A stretch of DNA of 64,000 nt from a virus (IMGVR_UViG_3300048670_001253:1619-65618), one strand, 5' to 3'; positions 41,834-50,938 are shown, counted from the stretch's first letter. Notes: generated by a model from the letters alone, not told the origin. Numbers and translations: made by a program.

Positions 41834-42214
41834 TTATTTATAACGGCGCACTTCTAATCCCGCAGATTCTAGGAGAGATTTACTGAATATATCTTTTTGT
41901 AAATTAAAACCAACTTCGCCCATTAAAGAAGGATCATAATGCATTTCATACTTATGTTTTCCAACTGAAAGTATGTCACCAGGATTAATTGAATCCTCTT
42001 CTATTTGTTCATTATTGATTTTAGTTCCATTGCTACTATTGAGATCTTTTACCATCCATTTTCCATCAACTATAGATAGCTTGCAATGCACCCCAGAAAC
42101 ATTCGGGAATTGCAACACTATATCAGAACTTTCTCTTCTGCCAATAATGAGATTGGACCTCAGCAGAGGAATTGTATCACCGCCTCCAATTGGCCTAAGT
42201 TCACCATACTTCAT
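41834..42214 (-). CDS. FHA-domain protein
   Basis: IIGRRESSDIVL....VSGVHC, DLNSSNGTKIN. Confidence 0.9.
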   Translation of the reverse strand: MKYGELRPIGGGDTIPLLRSNLIIGRRESSDIVLQFPNVSGVHCKLSIVDGKWMVKDLNSSNGTKINNEQIEEDSINPGDILSVGKHKYEMHYDPSLMGEVGFNLQKDIFSKSLLESAGLEVRRYK

Positions 42215-42605
42215 TTTTAATATTTCCTATTGTTATATGATAGCAATTTCTTTTTAATCCGCCAAAGAAAGTGTCATCACGATATTCGTCTAAACCTAGT
42301 TCTTTTCTTATTTCGCCTATTTCATTACAAATTGAATTTAACCAAAAATAAATATCATCATTTTGAATAATTGGACTATAATCAAAAGTGAGAATTCTTC
42401 CCGAGTGTTTTCCCCAAGATTCATAAGATTCTACTTTTTCTTTTCCTTTTCTCACTATTGTTATATGCGACTTCTTCTTTTGAGGCTTGACGTAAAAACT
42501 TTTAGGAATCATGCTTCTATAATAGTTGCTAATACTTTGATCTATGTTTAGTACGCAATAATCCTCAAAGTACTCTACAATACCTGTGGAGGAGAAAGGA
42601 TACAT
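42201..42605 (-). CDS. 2H phosphoesterase
   Basis: two HxT motifs: SHITIV and YHITIG. Confidence 0.75.
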   Translation of the reverse strand: MYPFSSTGIVEYFEDYCVLNIDQSISNYYRSMIPKSFYVKPQKKKSHITIVRKGKEKVESYESWGKHSGRILTFDYSPIIQNDDIYFWLNSICNEIGEIRKELGLDEYRDDTFFGGLKRNCYHITIGNIKNEVW

Positions 42606-42816
42606 GGCTCAGAGATTAGTTATTTTTGTCTTTTCCAAACAACACCATCATCATACCACAAGTGAGGCAAAAGCAACCCACGCTGAAGACTGTTGTGAAA
42701 GAAACTATTAGAACTGTTGTGCAAACTTGTATTATATCCATGAGAAATCTCCTTTTCTATAGTTATTATTTTATATTTAAAATATTCCTATACAAAGAAG
42801 AATATATAATAGCGAT

Positions 42817-43026
42817 ATGAGCAAATCAAGTGTGATATATAGGTTCTTTCTTGTGTTGGCAAGAACAATAGATCATAGAGTTGGAAAAACAGATTCTGAC
42901 ACACCAGATATTCCCATACTCACAATGCAAGAGGCACTAATTAGCTTCTTTATTAAATTCTTTATAGTTCTTGTGAATTTTATAACTTGTGCTTTTGTTA
43001 TAGCTAATATAATTCATCGTTGGTAG
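42817..43026 (+). CDS. small membrane protein
   Basis: C-terminal TM segment. Confidence 0.55.
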   Translation: MSKSSVIYRFFLVLARTIDHRVGKTDSDTPDIPILTMQEALISFFIKFFIVLVNFITCAFVIANIIHRW

Positions 43027-43083
43027 AAAAAAATAACTATTTTATTATATATAAAGTAAAACCAACCAACACTCAGAGGAAAT

Positions 43084-45363
43084 ATGAAACTAGAATTTAA
43101 AGATTATCTAAAAGAAATGGCAATAGCCCAGTTCGGAAGAGTTAAGGGAAAACATATCAACGATATCGATATAGGCTATGCAGGCTGGATGTTAAATAAT
43201 ATCAAAGATGGCGCAAGTAATTTTAGTTTTCTAGCAGATGATGGTTCAGGAAAACTCTCAAAGAAACAAATAGAAGATGGTATCAATATAATATTGTCTG
43301 GTAAAAAAGTAGCACCAACTAGTGTTGGGAAACCAGTTACCGCTCTGGGGGCTGCGACGACCACACCAGAACCACCAAAATCATTAGAACCCCAAAAACA
43401 AGCAAAAGATCCCAGTGAGTACATGATCCCTGAAGATAAGATCAGTGAGTATCAAAAATCTATTGAAGAAACTTTTTCCAAGACTAATCAACATTTAGCA
43501 ATAAATGCATTGGCAGGCACAGGTAAAACCACAATACTAAAACACTTGGCTGCTAAGTTTTCAGGTGGTAAAAAATGGCTTTATCTTGTATTTAATAAAA
43601 AGAATGCACAAGAAGCAACTTCCGGGGATAAAGCATTTCCTCCTAATGTTGAAACAATGACAAGTCATAAATTTTTAGCAAGAGTTCTGAATGCCACGAG
43701 AAGAGACCGTCCTGAGGTTCTTCCAAAAAGTGGAGTTGGCGGCCAAGCTAGTAGTGATGAAGGTCAAGATTTTGGAAACAAAATTACAAAGATACTTGAT
43801 CATCATTGGTTCTTTAATTTGGCCAACGGTATGCAAAAATCACCAAGCTTCCCAGGAAGAGGATTGGGATATAACTATCAATTTATTCGCTTTAATAAAA
43901 AGAAGAATGTTGAAGAAGTAGCCTTTGTGGTTAAATCAAAGATTAATAGATTAGTAGGACTTGCAAAGAATTTTGCCATCAATCCATCTGATCCAAGCGC
44001 TGAACAAAAAATAGAAGAGATAATGAGAAAGTATGATATAGATGGAACTTTATCATTAAAAAATAAAGGAGATGATGACGAACCAATGGTCGGAGAACCA
44101 AATTTTACTAAACAATTTGTTCTTCTTTCATTGGAAATATTAAAAGCAACTGCTCCTCATGGCACTGTTGGCGATTCAAATTTAGACACTGCACAAGATT
44201 TCGATGATATTATTTGGTGGCCCACACTTCACCCAGATAAGATGGTTTGGCCGAATAAAAGTAATTTTGAAGTCGCTCTAGTCGATGAAGTGCAAGACTT
44301 TAACGAAGCTCAAAAAGTAATGTTAGAGAACTTAGCCAAGAATGGAATAAGAATAATAATAGTAGGAGATCCTCGTCAAGCAATCTATAGATTCAGGGGA
44401 GCAGATGCTAAAGGCTTCTCTAATATTGAAGCTCTTTTAGGATCTTCTTCAAGAGGAGTTTCATCCCATGAACTTCCCGTTAATTATAGAAGTGGCAAAA
44501 AAATAATAGATTTTGTAAATCAAAAAACACATGTAAAAAACCTGAAGTCAGGAAGAGATCACGAAGGAGAAGTAAATCCAGATGCTACCTACGAAGGAGT
44601 TATGTCGGATATAGACAATGAATGGAAAAAAGGTAGCTTAGAACAAGAGACTGCTTTTATTGCAAGAAATAATGCTCCTTTACTTAAGGCTGCTTTGCAT
44701 TTGTTAAAGAATCATATTCCTTTTACTATTGTTGGTAAAGACTTTTCAACTGAGGTCTTAAACTTTATCTATAGAATTGTCGGAAATGATAAAATAGCAA
44801 TAGGAAAATTCAATGTTGGTAAATTTCCAGTAGAGGATTTTGATCAAACAATGAGAAGTTACGTTATTGCAAAAGAAGATAAGTATGAAAACAAGAAGGA
44901 TAAAGAAAAATATCTTGATGAATTAAATCAACTTTACTCATCGATATCTAGTCTTTTAGAATATGTCAGACAAAATGGTTACAAGAATCCTTTAACTAAA
45001 TCTGATATTCATACCGTGGGTGATTTATGCTCATACATCGCCCAAATATTTAAAGGATTAGACCCAGACGCAAGTGACAAAGACGCTTCTGCTTATGATC
45101 GTATTGATAAGAAGAAAAATGTTATTCTAACAACGGCTCATAAATCAAAGGGATTAGAGTTCGAAAGAGTTAACATACTTGACGATGAACAATTCCCAGC
45201 GGGTGACTCCTATGATCCTGATGATGAAGAAGAGGAGCAAGAGCATAATGCAAAGTATGTCGCTTATACTAGGGCCACACATGCACTAAATATAACTAGT
45301 GGTGAGGAAGACAAAGGAAAGAAAAAAGGTGGCAGGAAAAGATTAAGCCATCCTGATGGTTGA
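43084..45363 (+). CDS. UvrD/Rep-like SF1 helicase with N-terminal DUF3820-like domain
   Basis: ALAGTGKTT, VDEVQD, VGDPRQAIYRFRGA, TAHKSKGLEF, YVAYTRA; N-terminal FGRVKGKHINDIDIGY..WML. Confidence 0.92.
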   Translation: MKLEFKDYLKEMAIAQFGRVKGKHINDIDIGYAGWMLNNIKDGASNFSFLADDGSGKLSKKQIEDGINIILSGKKVAPTSVGKPVTALGAATTTPEPPKSLEPQKQAKDPSEYMIPEDKISEYQKSIEETFSKTNQHLAINALAGTGKTTILKHLAAKFSGGKKWLYLVFNKKNAQEATSGDKAFPPNVETMTSHKFLARVLNATRRDRPEVLPKSGVGGQASSDEGQDFGNKITKILDHHWFFNLANGMQKSPSFPGRGLGYNYQFIRFNKKKNVEEVAFVVKSKINRLVGLAKNFAINPSDPSAEQKIEEIMRKYDIDGTLSLKNKGDDDEPMVGEPNFTKQFVLLSLEILKATAPHGTVGDSNLDTAQDFDDIIWWPTLHPDKMVWPNKSNFEVALVDEVQDFNEAQKVMLENLAKNGIRIIIVGDPRQAIYRFRGADAKGFSNIEALLGSSSRGVSSHELPVNYRSGKKIIDFVNQKTHVKNLKSGRDHEGEVNPDATYEGVMSDIDNEWKKGSLEQETAFIARNNAPLLKAALHLLKNHIPFTIVGKDFSTEVLNFIYRIVGNDKIAIGKFNVGKFPVEDFDQTMRSYVIAKEDKYENKKDKEKYLDELNQLYSSISSLLEYVRQNGYKNPLTKSDIHTVGDLCSYIAQIFKGLDPDASDKDASAYDRIDKKKNVILTTAHKSKGLEFERVNILDDEQFPAGDSYDPDDEEEEQEHNAKYVAYTRATHALNITSGEEDKGKKKGGRKRLSHPDG

Positions 45364-45462
45364 GATATTTTATGAAAGAACATCTCTTTGACTACCGATT
45401 GCTTTTACTACGATGTCAAAACCCCGGCCGAAAAGGTTTTTCTTTCGACGGGAAATAAAAAC

Positions 45463-45699
45463 TTAACTAGTTGGCAAGTCCTCCAAAACTTCTATTATTT
45501 CTATTAATTGATTCTTGCTATATTCTTTTTCAAATGGAATAAAAGACCAAGAACCATCTTTGAATACAAAGTATCCATAATAGCTCTTATAATGAAAATC
45601 ACTAATCTTTTCTAGGTTGAGCATAAAACTATTTAGTTCCGAAGCATGGGTACGATCCATGAATAATTGGACCAAAGCCAATTGTGATACCAATTTCAC
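45463..45699 (-). CDS. hypothetical protein
   Basis: 78-aa ORF downstream of tRNA-Thr. Confidence 0.45.
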   Translation of the reverse strand: MKLVSQLALVQLFMDRTHASELNSFMLNLEKISDFHYKSYYGYFVFKDGSWSFIPFEKEYSKNQLIEIIEVLEDLPTS

Positions 45700-45720
45700 T
45701 ACTTCGGACCGTTCAATCTA

Positions 45721-45792
45721 AGCCCACAAAAGGAATTGAACCTTTATTTGATGATTACAAATCAACTGTAATAGCCTTTATACTATGCGGGC
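45721..45792 (-). tRNA. tRNA-Thr(UGU), CCA not encoded
   Basis: manual fold: GCCCGCA/TGTGGGC acceptor, loop TT-TGT-AA, T-arm AAAGG-TTCAATT-CCTTT, discriminator T followed by TAG. Confidence 0.88.
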
Positions 45793-45908
45793 CCACCATT
45801 CAAAAAAACGAAAAGGTGTTTCTATCGAATGGAAATTAAAAATGAAGGTTTTAGATTAGATCCAAAAACCAACGTCAGCCTCCGAAAACATATTATAGCA
45901 AACATTAA

Positions 45909-46130
45909 TTATTTCTCAATCTCTTTTTTACAAGGACAATCAACATGATGCATAAAATGTTCACCAAAAACTAAAAACCAATGACCATCATGTTGAACAG
46001 TGGTCATTCTTGTGCTTTTTCTTGGACTATCCATTGGAACCCCTTCAACCGTTACAGTCTTTGGAACCGTATTTGGTTTACTACAGGAAACAGAGAGTAA
46101 GCAAACTATTAAAAAAATGATTTTTTTCAT
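45909..46130 (-). CDS. small lipoprotein
   Basis: lipobox LLSVSC; GGAGG RBS. Confidence 0.65.
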   Translation of the reverse strand: MKKIIFLIVCLLSVSCSKPNTVPKTVTVEGVPMDSPRKSTRMTTVQHDGHWFLVFGEHFMHHVDCPCKKEIEK

Positions 46131-46194
46131 AAATCCTCCACGCCTTCCTTGGCGAAAATGTTATTCTATCGAACAGAAATTAAAGATGAAGATT

Positions 46195-47472
46195 TTAGGT
46201 CAAATTCTTCATTAGCCCAATTACTTTGTCAAAAGCCGCTACATTATTTTTTCGAAGAGCTACAAGTTGTTCCATCAAGCCGAAAACAACATTCTCAGAA
46301 AGATGACTTGAGGTCTTTGGCTCATTACTCAAATTTTTAGCAATCGAATTCTGAATACTGGTATGGACTACTACAGATTCTTTCATAACGGGCAGCTCAA
46401 GCTGACGATCGATGATCACTTCATCTTTGACTGCTTTGACTGTTAGGTTATCTCTTTGACTAATCTCCTTAATGTGTTGCTTTATCTTCTCTTTGATGTA
46501 TTGTATTGGGTCTTCTGACACAATAGAATTTTTCCACCAGCATTTAACGTCAACTGATTGAAGACCGATAGAAACAAAAGTGTTATTATTTTTTGTGTTC
46601 TTTGTATATTCTTTTGCAACAATTCCATTTTTTTCCCTACCGGCTAGGAATTCATCACCGCCTTCTAGTGTTCTAACTATCTCATTGGCAATATGACCCG
46701 CACCATGACTCCAGTTATTAATAATAATATTTTCCACATTGTGATTACTGTTCTTGTAGACCGCACTAATATCTCTTAGTAGGGCTGTTGTAGGGGCTTC
46801 GATCTTAGGTTTCTTCAAAACTTTAAGTGAATAGATCTGGCGATAGTAGTACAGGTAATGAGCAGTTAGGGATAAATTCTCACTGATCCATCCCAGTGCA
46901 TCAGTCATTGTATTTTTTATATTAACTTTCTTATTTGACATCGTCATTCCTTTATTGTTTAAATTTAAATTGTTTAAGTTGCCGTTGATCGCATTATAAA
47001 TAATGTCTTTAATCTTGTCAACATCTTTCAATAAAGAAAACTCTTTAGAATGTTCGGTACTTATCTGGCGTGCATAATACGGCTTCCCGACGCCATATAT
47101 TTTTTCAATTTTATAATTTTCAATTACATCATGCGAATATATCAAAGATCTGACACATGGGGCGTTTAATACAACTTCTAAACAATTCTTTCTTACGACT
47201 CTTCTTCCGTAAAAATCAACAGTATTATACGGGAATTTATTCACCCACTTCGGAGTTTTTCTTCTTTCAACTTCTATGAGTAAATTCTTCTCAGATCCTG
47301 GATCGCTTATAATGAAATCTACTCTTTCTACCCCATGTGGATGCCTCACAACATTGAGATTCATTTCCTTGCATATTCGTTTCAAGAATTCATGGAATCT
47401 CTTTTCCCCCACATTCCCATATGCTAATCTTTTTTTGTTTATTTTCTCTCTATAATATTTTTTATTTCTCAT
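46195..47472 (-). CDS. protein with N-terminal PD-(D/E)xK nuclease-like domain
   Basis: GE..F, VDFII, LLIEVERR. Confidence 0.55.
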   Translation of the reverse strand: MRNKKYYREKINKKRLAYGNVGEKRFHEFLKRICKEMNLNVVRHPHGVERVDFIISDPGSEKNLLIEVERRKTPKWVNKFPYNTVDFYGRRVVRKNCLEVVLNAPCVRSLIYSHDVIENYKIEKIYGVGKPYYARQISTEHSKEFSLLKDVDKIKDIIYNAINGNLNNLNLNNKGMTMSNKKVNIKNTMTDALGWISENLSLTAHYLYYYRQIYSLKVLKKPKIEAPTTALLRDISAVYKNSNHNVENIIINNWSHGAGHIANEIVRTLEGGDEFLAGREKNGIVAKEYTKNTKNNNTFVSIGLQSVDVKCWWKNSIVSEDPIQYIKEKIKQHIKEISQRDNLTVKAVKDEVIIDRQLELPVMKESVVVHTSIQNSIAKNLSNEPKTSSHLSENVVFGLMEQLVALRKNNVAAFDKVIGLMKNLT

Positions 47473-47504
47473 GACATATGAGAGTAATTGTCATATATAA
47501 AAAT

Positions 47505-47945
47505 ATGAAAAACTTCAAACACTGGCTAGAAAACAATCAAATAGTATTATCTGGCTGGTTATCCCCCAGTGGAAGATTCTATGAATGCAAAAGAAGTATC
47601 TTTGATCATTTGGGCGTAATAGAAAATACACCCGAAATAAGAAACTCCTTGCCAGATTGGTTTGAAAAGAAAATAAAACAACTAAATCAGTCAAAAGAAA
47701 CTAGCCAGGAACTGATGAGAAATGGCGAACATCCTGAATGGCACTCTTATGATATGCTCCACGATAGTATTGAGGAAGCTGTTTATGATGAAATGTATAA
47801 AAAAGGATACCTAAGAGTAGCACAAAATCAAGATGTTGTTTATTTTGAAGGAAGTTCAAATGGAATTAAAAACTTATACCAAAAAGCCAAAGATCTAGCT
47901 GAATCACATGGTAAAACAGCAAATTTCCAGAAAATAAATGTTTAA
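47505..47945 (+). CDS. hypothetical protein
   Basis: MKNFKHWLENN after CATATATAAAAAT; GWLSPSGRFY, H motif. Confidence 0.7.
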   Translation: MKNFKHWLENNQIVLSGWLSPSGRFYECKRSIFDHLGVIENTPEIRNSLPDWFEKKIKQLNQSKETSQELMRNGEHPEWHSYDMLHDSIEEAVYDEMYKKGYLRVAQNQDVVYFEGSSNGIKNLYQKAKDLAESHGKTANFQKINV

Positions 47946-48354
47946 TATGCTATACATTAAAACAAAACTAAAAGAAAGTAGTATACACGGAATAGGATGC
48001 TTTGCTGATGAAGATATAAGCAGAGGAACTTTAATCTGGAAGTTCACCAAAGGATATGATCAAGAGTTTCCAACTGACTACCCAGAAAAATTATATGCTA
48101 CTAGCAGAGAGCAGTTTCTTAAATACGCTTATGTTAGCAGAAACTCTGGAGAGTATATCTTATGCACAGATGATGCCAGATTCTTTAATCACTCTGAAGA
48201 TAATAACGTAATTAATATACGTAGCATCTCCTGGCCTTGGAGTAATGAAGCTGAACAAGAAGGAATAGACATAGCTTTGAGAGATATTAAAGCTGGGGAA
48301 GAGTTAACATACGACTATAATGTATTTGCGCCTTCTCCTGATGGAGAATTGTAA
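47938..48354 (+). CDS. SET-domain lysine methyltransferase
   Basis: SSIHGIGCFA, ARFFNHS, ALRDIKAGEELTYDY. Confidence 0.92.
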   Translation: MFNMLYIKTKLKESSIHGIGCFADEDISRGTLIWKFTKGYDQEFPTDYPEKLYATSREQFLKYAYVSRNSGEYILCTDDARFFNHSEDNNVINIRSISWPWSNEAEQEGIDIALRDIKAGEELTYDYNVFAPSPDGEL

Positions 48355-48699
48355 AAAACCCTATTAAACTTTCAAAAATTATACCCGCCGGATTTTTTTG
48401 AAAACCGTTTTTGAAAAGTTATAGGTTTATAGGGGTAGGTTTAAAGTTAATTAAGTATAACTTTGAAAAAAAATAGAAAGCCCACTAGAAGTTCGTTAAA
48501 AAGTTCATGGGCTTGGAAAAAAGAAATAAAAAGGAAAAGAAAAAGGGCGTAGTGGCGCTAAACCGGTACCCGTACCAGAGACCATACCCAGGTTTTTTCG
48601 GTTTTAGTTTTTCCGTTTTTAACTTTGTAAAAGTATACCGTACCTGAAACCATTTTGGTTTCTGAAAGTTAACCGTACTAGAAATGATCCACAAAACTA

Positions 48700-48880
48700 A
48701 ACGGGGGGAGTGTCAGTGGGGGGATATAAGAATCCCCGTGACCATTGGAGCCCCACCACTCAGGCCAGCCCCAGTCGGCGGGGTGCGAGCGGTCGCCTTG
48801 CGGCCCCACCGACACCTCCGGGTCACTACCCAGCATGGCATGATCGTCCCGGACTCGCAGCGCCCGGTTATAGGGATGTA
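48700..48880 (-). ncRNA. candidate GC-rich structured RNA
   Basis: 10-bp GTCGGTGGGG/CCCCGCCGAC stem (U-G wobble on the minus strand), GCAA tetraloop, GTGACC/GGTCAC stem; downstream of motif 48943; no convincing ORF. Confidence 0.45.
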
Positions 48881-49054
48881 AGGAACGATCAACCCTTGGG
48901 GACACGACGATGAGCAACTACTATCAGTCAGTGGATTCCTTAACCGTACCAGAGAACATAATGCGATGTTTATAATGGACTAATTATAATCTCTAGTACG
49001 GTTGGTGGAATTAAAACCGAAACCCTCCCCCGTAGGGGAGGGCCGGTCGATCAT

Positions 49055-49291
49055 TCACAGATGGTTAGCGTACTTGTAGTCAGTTCCATCTTTCGATACA
49101 ACGGCAAGACAATCGGTTGGAAAGTTCACAACAACTGGGATGCCGAAAATCTTGATAACAACCGGAGCAGTTCCGGGAATATTCTGGGCAGACGATCTGC
49201 CATTCGGGGCGACGTAGTCCATTCCCACAACAACGCCGGTAAAACCCTCAAACGTGCCTTCGACGATGCTAACAACGGTGCCGATGATCAT
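49055..49291 (-). CDS. stand-alone NusG/RfaH C-terminal KOW-like protein
   Basis: GTVVSIVEGTFEGFTGVV...VVIKIFG.P..V; GGAG RBS 8 nt upstream of ATG 49291. Confidence 0.7.
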   Translation of the reverse strand: MIIGTVVSIVEGTFEGFTGVVVGMDYVAPNGRSSAQNIPGTAPVVIKIFGIPVVVNFPTDCLAVVSKDGTDYKYANHL

Positions 49292-49398
49292 GGTATTCAC
49301 TCCGCAAGTGGTGGTTGGTGTTACATCCCTAAACCGTACTAGAGACGATAATAATCAACCCATTAGGGGGGAGAGTTTTACCCCTCCCCCCTTTCGGG

Positions 49399-49872
49399 CT
49401 AGACGATCTGCCATTCGCACGCCACCTTGCTTGCCCCCTTGCAAGCCTGCTTGGGAAGTTGCTTCACAAGCTCCCGCTTCACGCTCTCGACGCCCTGCTT
49501 GACCTCTGTGACACGATCAGCCACAGACCCTACCGCAGACTCCCCGGTGACCAGAGCCGTTCTAATGCAGTCTACGAGCACCCCAGTGGCAAGGGGGCCA
49601 GTCGAACGCATAGCGACCAGATCGGCACGGGTGATTGTCTCTCCCCGATCCATCCGGGCGATCAGACTATCGAACGCAGCCGATGCCGTTTCCTGCCACA
49701 GAGCCACCGACTCCAACCACGGGATTGACGTTGTGGCATCCCGCTCGTAATCGTCGCCCACCTTCACGGTGCCGACGCAGCGAACCGTGAAATCGACCGT
49801 ATGATCCCCGGCCGGGATCGAATCCCGATCAAACTTGACCTTGCTCAGAGCCAGCATTTGAATGTCGTTCAT
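49399..49872 (-). CDS. hypothetical early protein
   Basis: own motif (49914), GGAG RBS, GC-rich codons. Confidence 0.75.
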   Translation of the reverse strand: MNDIQMLALSKVKFDRDSIPAGDHTVDFTVRCVGTVKVGDDYERDATTSIPWLESVALWQETASAAFDSLIARMDRGETITRADLVAMRSTGPLATGVLVDCIRTALVTGESAVGSVADRVTEVKQGVESVKRELVKQLPKQACKGASKVACEWQIV

Positions 49873-49932
49873 GGTTTCCATCTCCAAGGGTTTATCGTTC
49901 CTTACAAACCAAAACCGTACTAGAGGCTATTC

Positions 49933-50049
49933 TTACTGGTCGAGCCAGCTATGAATTGCGTTTCCGATTTCATAGGTTGTATAGCTAATAAACCCGCAGA
50001 AACTTAGCAGCCCGGCAAGTACGATCCAATCGTTGAGGGTGAGAAGCAT
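49933..50049 (-). CDS. 38-aa single-TM early peptide (not in ORF track)
   Basis: MLLTLNDWIVLAGLLSFCGFISY...; own motif (50090), AAGG RBS. Confidence 0.55.
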   Translation of the reverse strand: MLLTLNDWIVLAGLLSFCGFISYTTYEIGNAIHSWLDQ

Positions 50050-50105
50050 AGTAATAGTACCTTGTGGGGTGTTAGGTTCACAACTTTCAACCGTACCAGA
50101 ATCAA

Positions 50106-50270
50106 TCAATCGTAGTAATAATCGTTTACTACCCTGTCAACAAACTTGAATGTCTGGCAGAATAGGAACCAACTAACCGCCGATACCACTGTCACAAATC
50201 CAAAAACTACCATTAGGTGGGCGAAAATGTTGAACACAAAGCTAAAATCAGAATTGTACCAAGGCATCAT
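50106..50270 (-). CDS. 54-aa membrane early peptide (not in ORF track)
   Basis: MMPWYNSDFSFVFNIFAHLMVVFGFVTVV...; own motif (50301), GGAG RBS. Confidence 0.55.
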   Translation of the reverse strand: MMPWYNSDFSFVFNIFAHLMVVFGFVTVVSAVSWFLFCQTFKFVDRVVNDYYYD

Positions 50271-50349
50271 AAGGCTCCAAGGTTAGGTTTACAGTTCACA
50301 ACCGTACCAGAAAGTAAGGGGGGAGTTTGTTGTCCTCCCCCCTTACTGT

Positions 50350-50595
50350 TTACTTCCACCGCTTCATTTCTTTGTTAGCAGCGGCGACGATTGCTGCCTT
50401 TTTCCGGCGACCCTTCAGCTCTGCTTTCGTCTTGGGAATGTTGCTGCCGTTCTGCCGGAGGTATTTCAACCGGAGGCAAACCGCTGCCGGAGTTACCCCC
50501 AACTCCCGTGCTACGCTGGTCTGATTGCCACCATTGCTGAGATTCCGCATCACAACATTGACGAACGTTTCAACACTGACAGTCTGCCGTTTCAT
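50350..50595 (-). CDS. small HTH protein, divergent paralog
   Basis: GGNQTSVARELGVTPAAVCLRLKYLRQNG; AAAGGA RBS; motif 50636 lies inside the longer ORF-track call. Confidence 0.8.
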   Translation of the reverse strand: MKRQTVSVETFVNVVMRNLSNGGNQTSVARELGVTPAAVCLRLKYLRQNGSNIPKTKAELKGRRKKAAIVAAANKEMKRWK

Positions 50596-50661
50596 GGTTT
50601 TTCCTTTATTGTTATTATTCGGGCCACAGTTTACTACCGTACTAAAATCAACCGTCACTTA

Positions 50662-50865
50662 TCACCACTCATTCTTCGATGGTAACCCGTATGCTTCCGG
50701 GTCAAGTTTGGGGCCAAGCCCATAAGTATCAATTACGGGGATACCGGCCGCTCGTCGTTGATAGACATTGACAGCGGCGCCGACCAAATCAACCGCTTCA
50801 CTCTCGCTGATCAGCCCCTTTGCGTAACTCTTGATCGCCAGTTCGATTTCAGTAATGATGCTCAT
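50662..50865 (-). CDS. hypothetical early protein
   Basis: motif 50911, AAGGA RBS. Confidence 0.65.
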   Translation of the reverse strand: MSIITEIELAIKSYAKGLISESEAVDLVGAAVNVYQRRAAGIPVIDTYGLGPKLDPEAYGLPSKNEW

Positions 50866-50938
50866 TTTCTTGTTCCTTACTGGTTTACCGGGTCGTTCCT
50901 ACAACTCTAAACCGTACTAAAGACTATCCATACTTGGG

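Noticed and set aside
1-48354. Bacterial chromosome (LPS/capsule locus) or eukaryotic giant virus
   Set aside because: No housekeeping operons. Phage fibre domains, gp2-like and DUF5856-like genes, bacterial RBSs, tRNAs and the early-gene array point to a large bacteriophage. No capsid or terminase gene is in this window, so this remains an inference.
48678-48917. Overlapping ORFs 48678-48917, 48684-48881 and 48710-48913
   Set aside because: No RBS or recognisable protein features; open frames are expected in GC-rich structured DNA.
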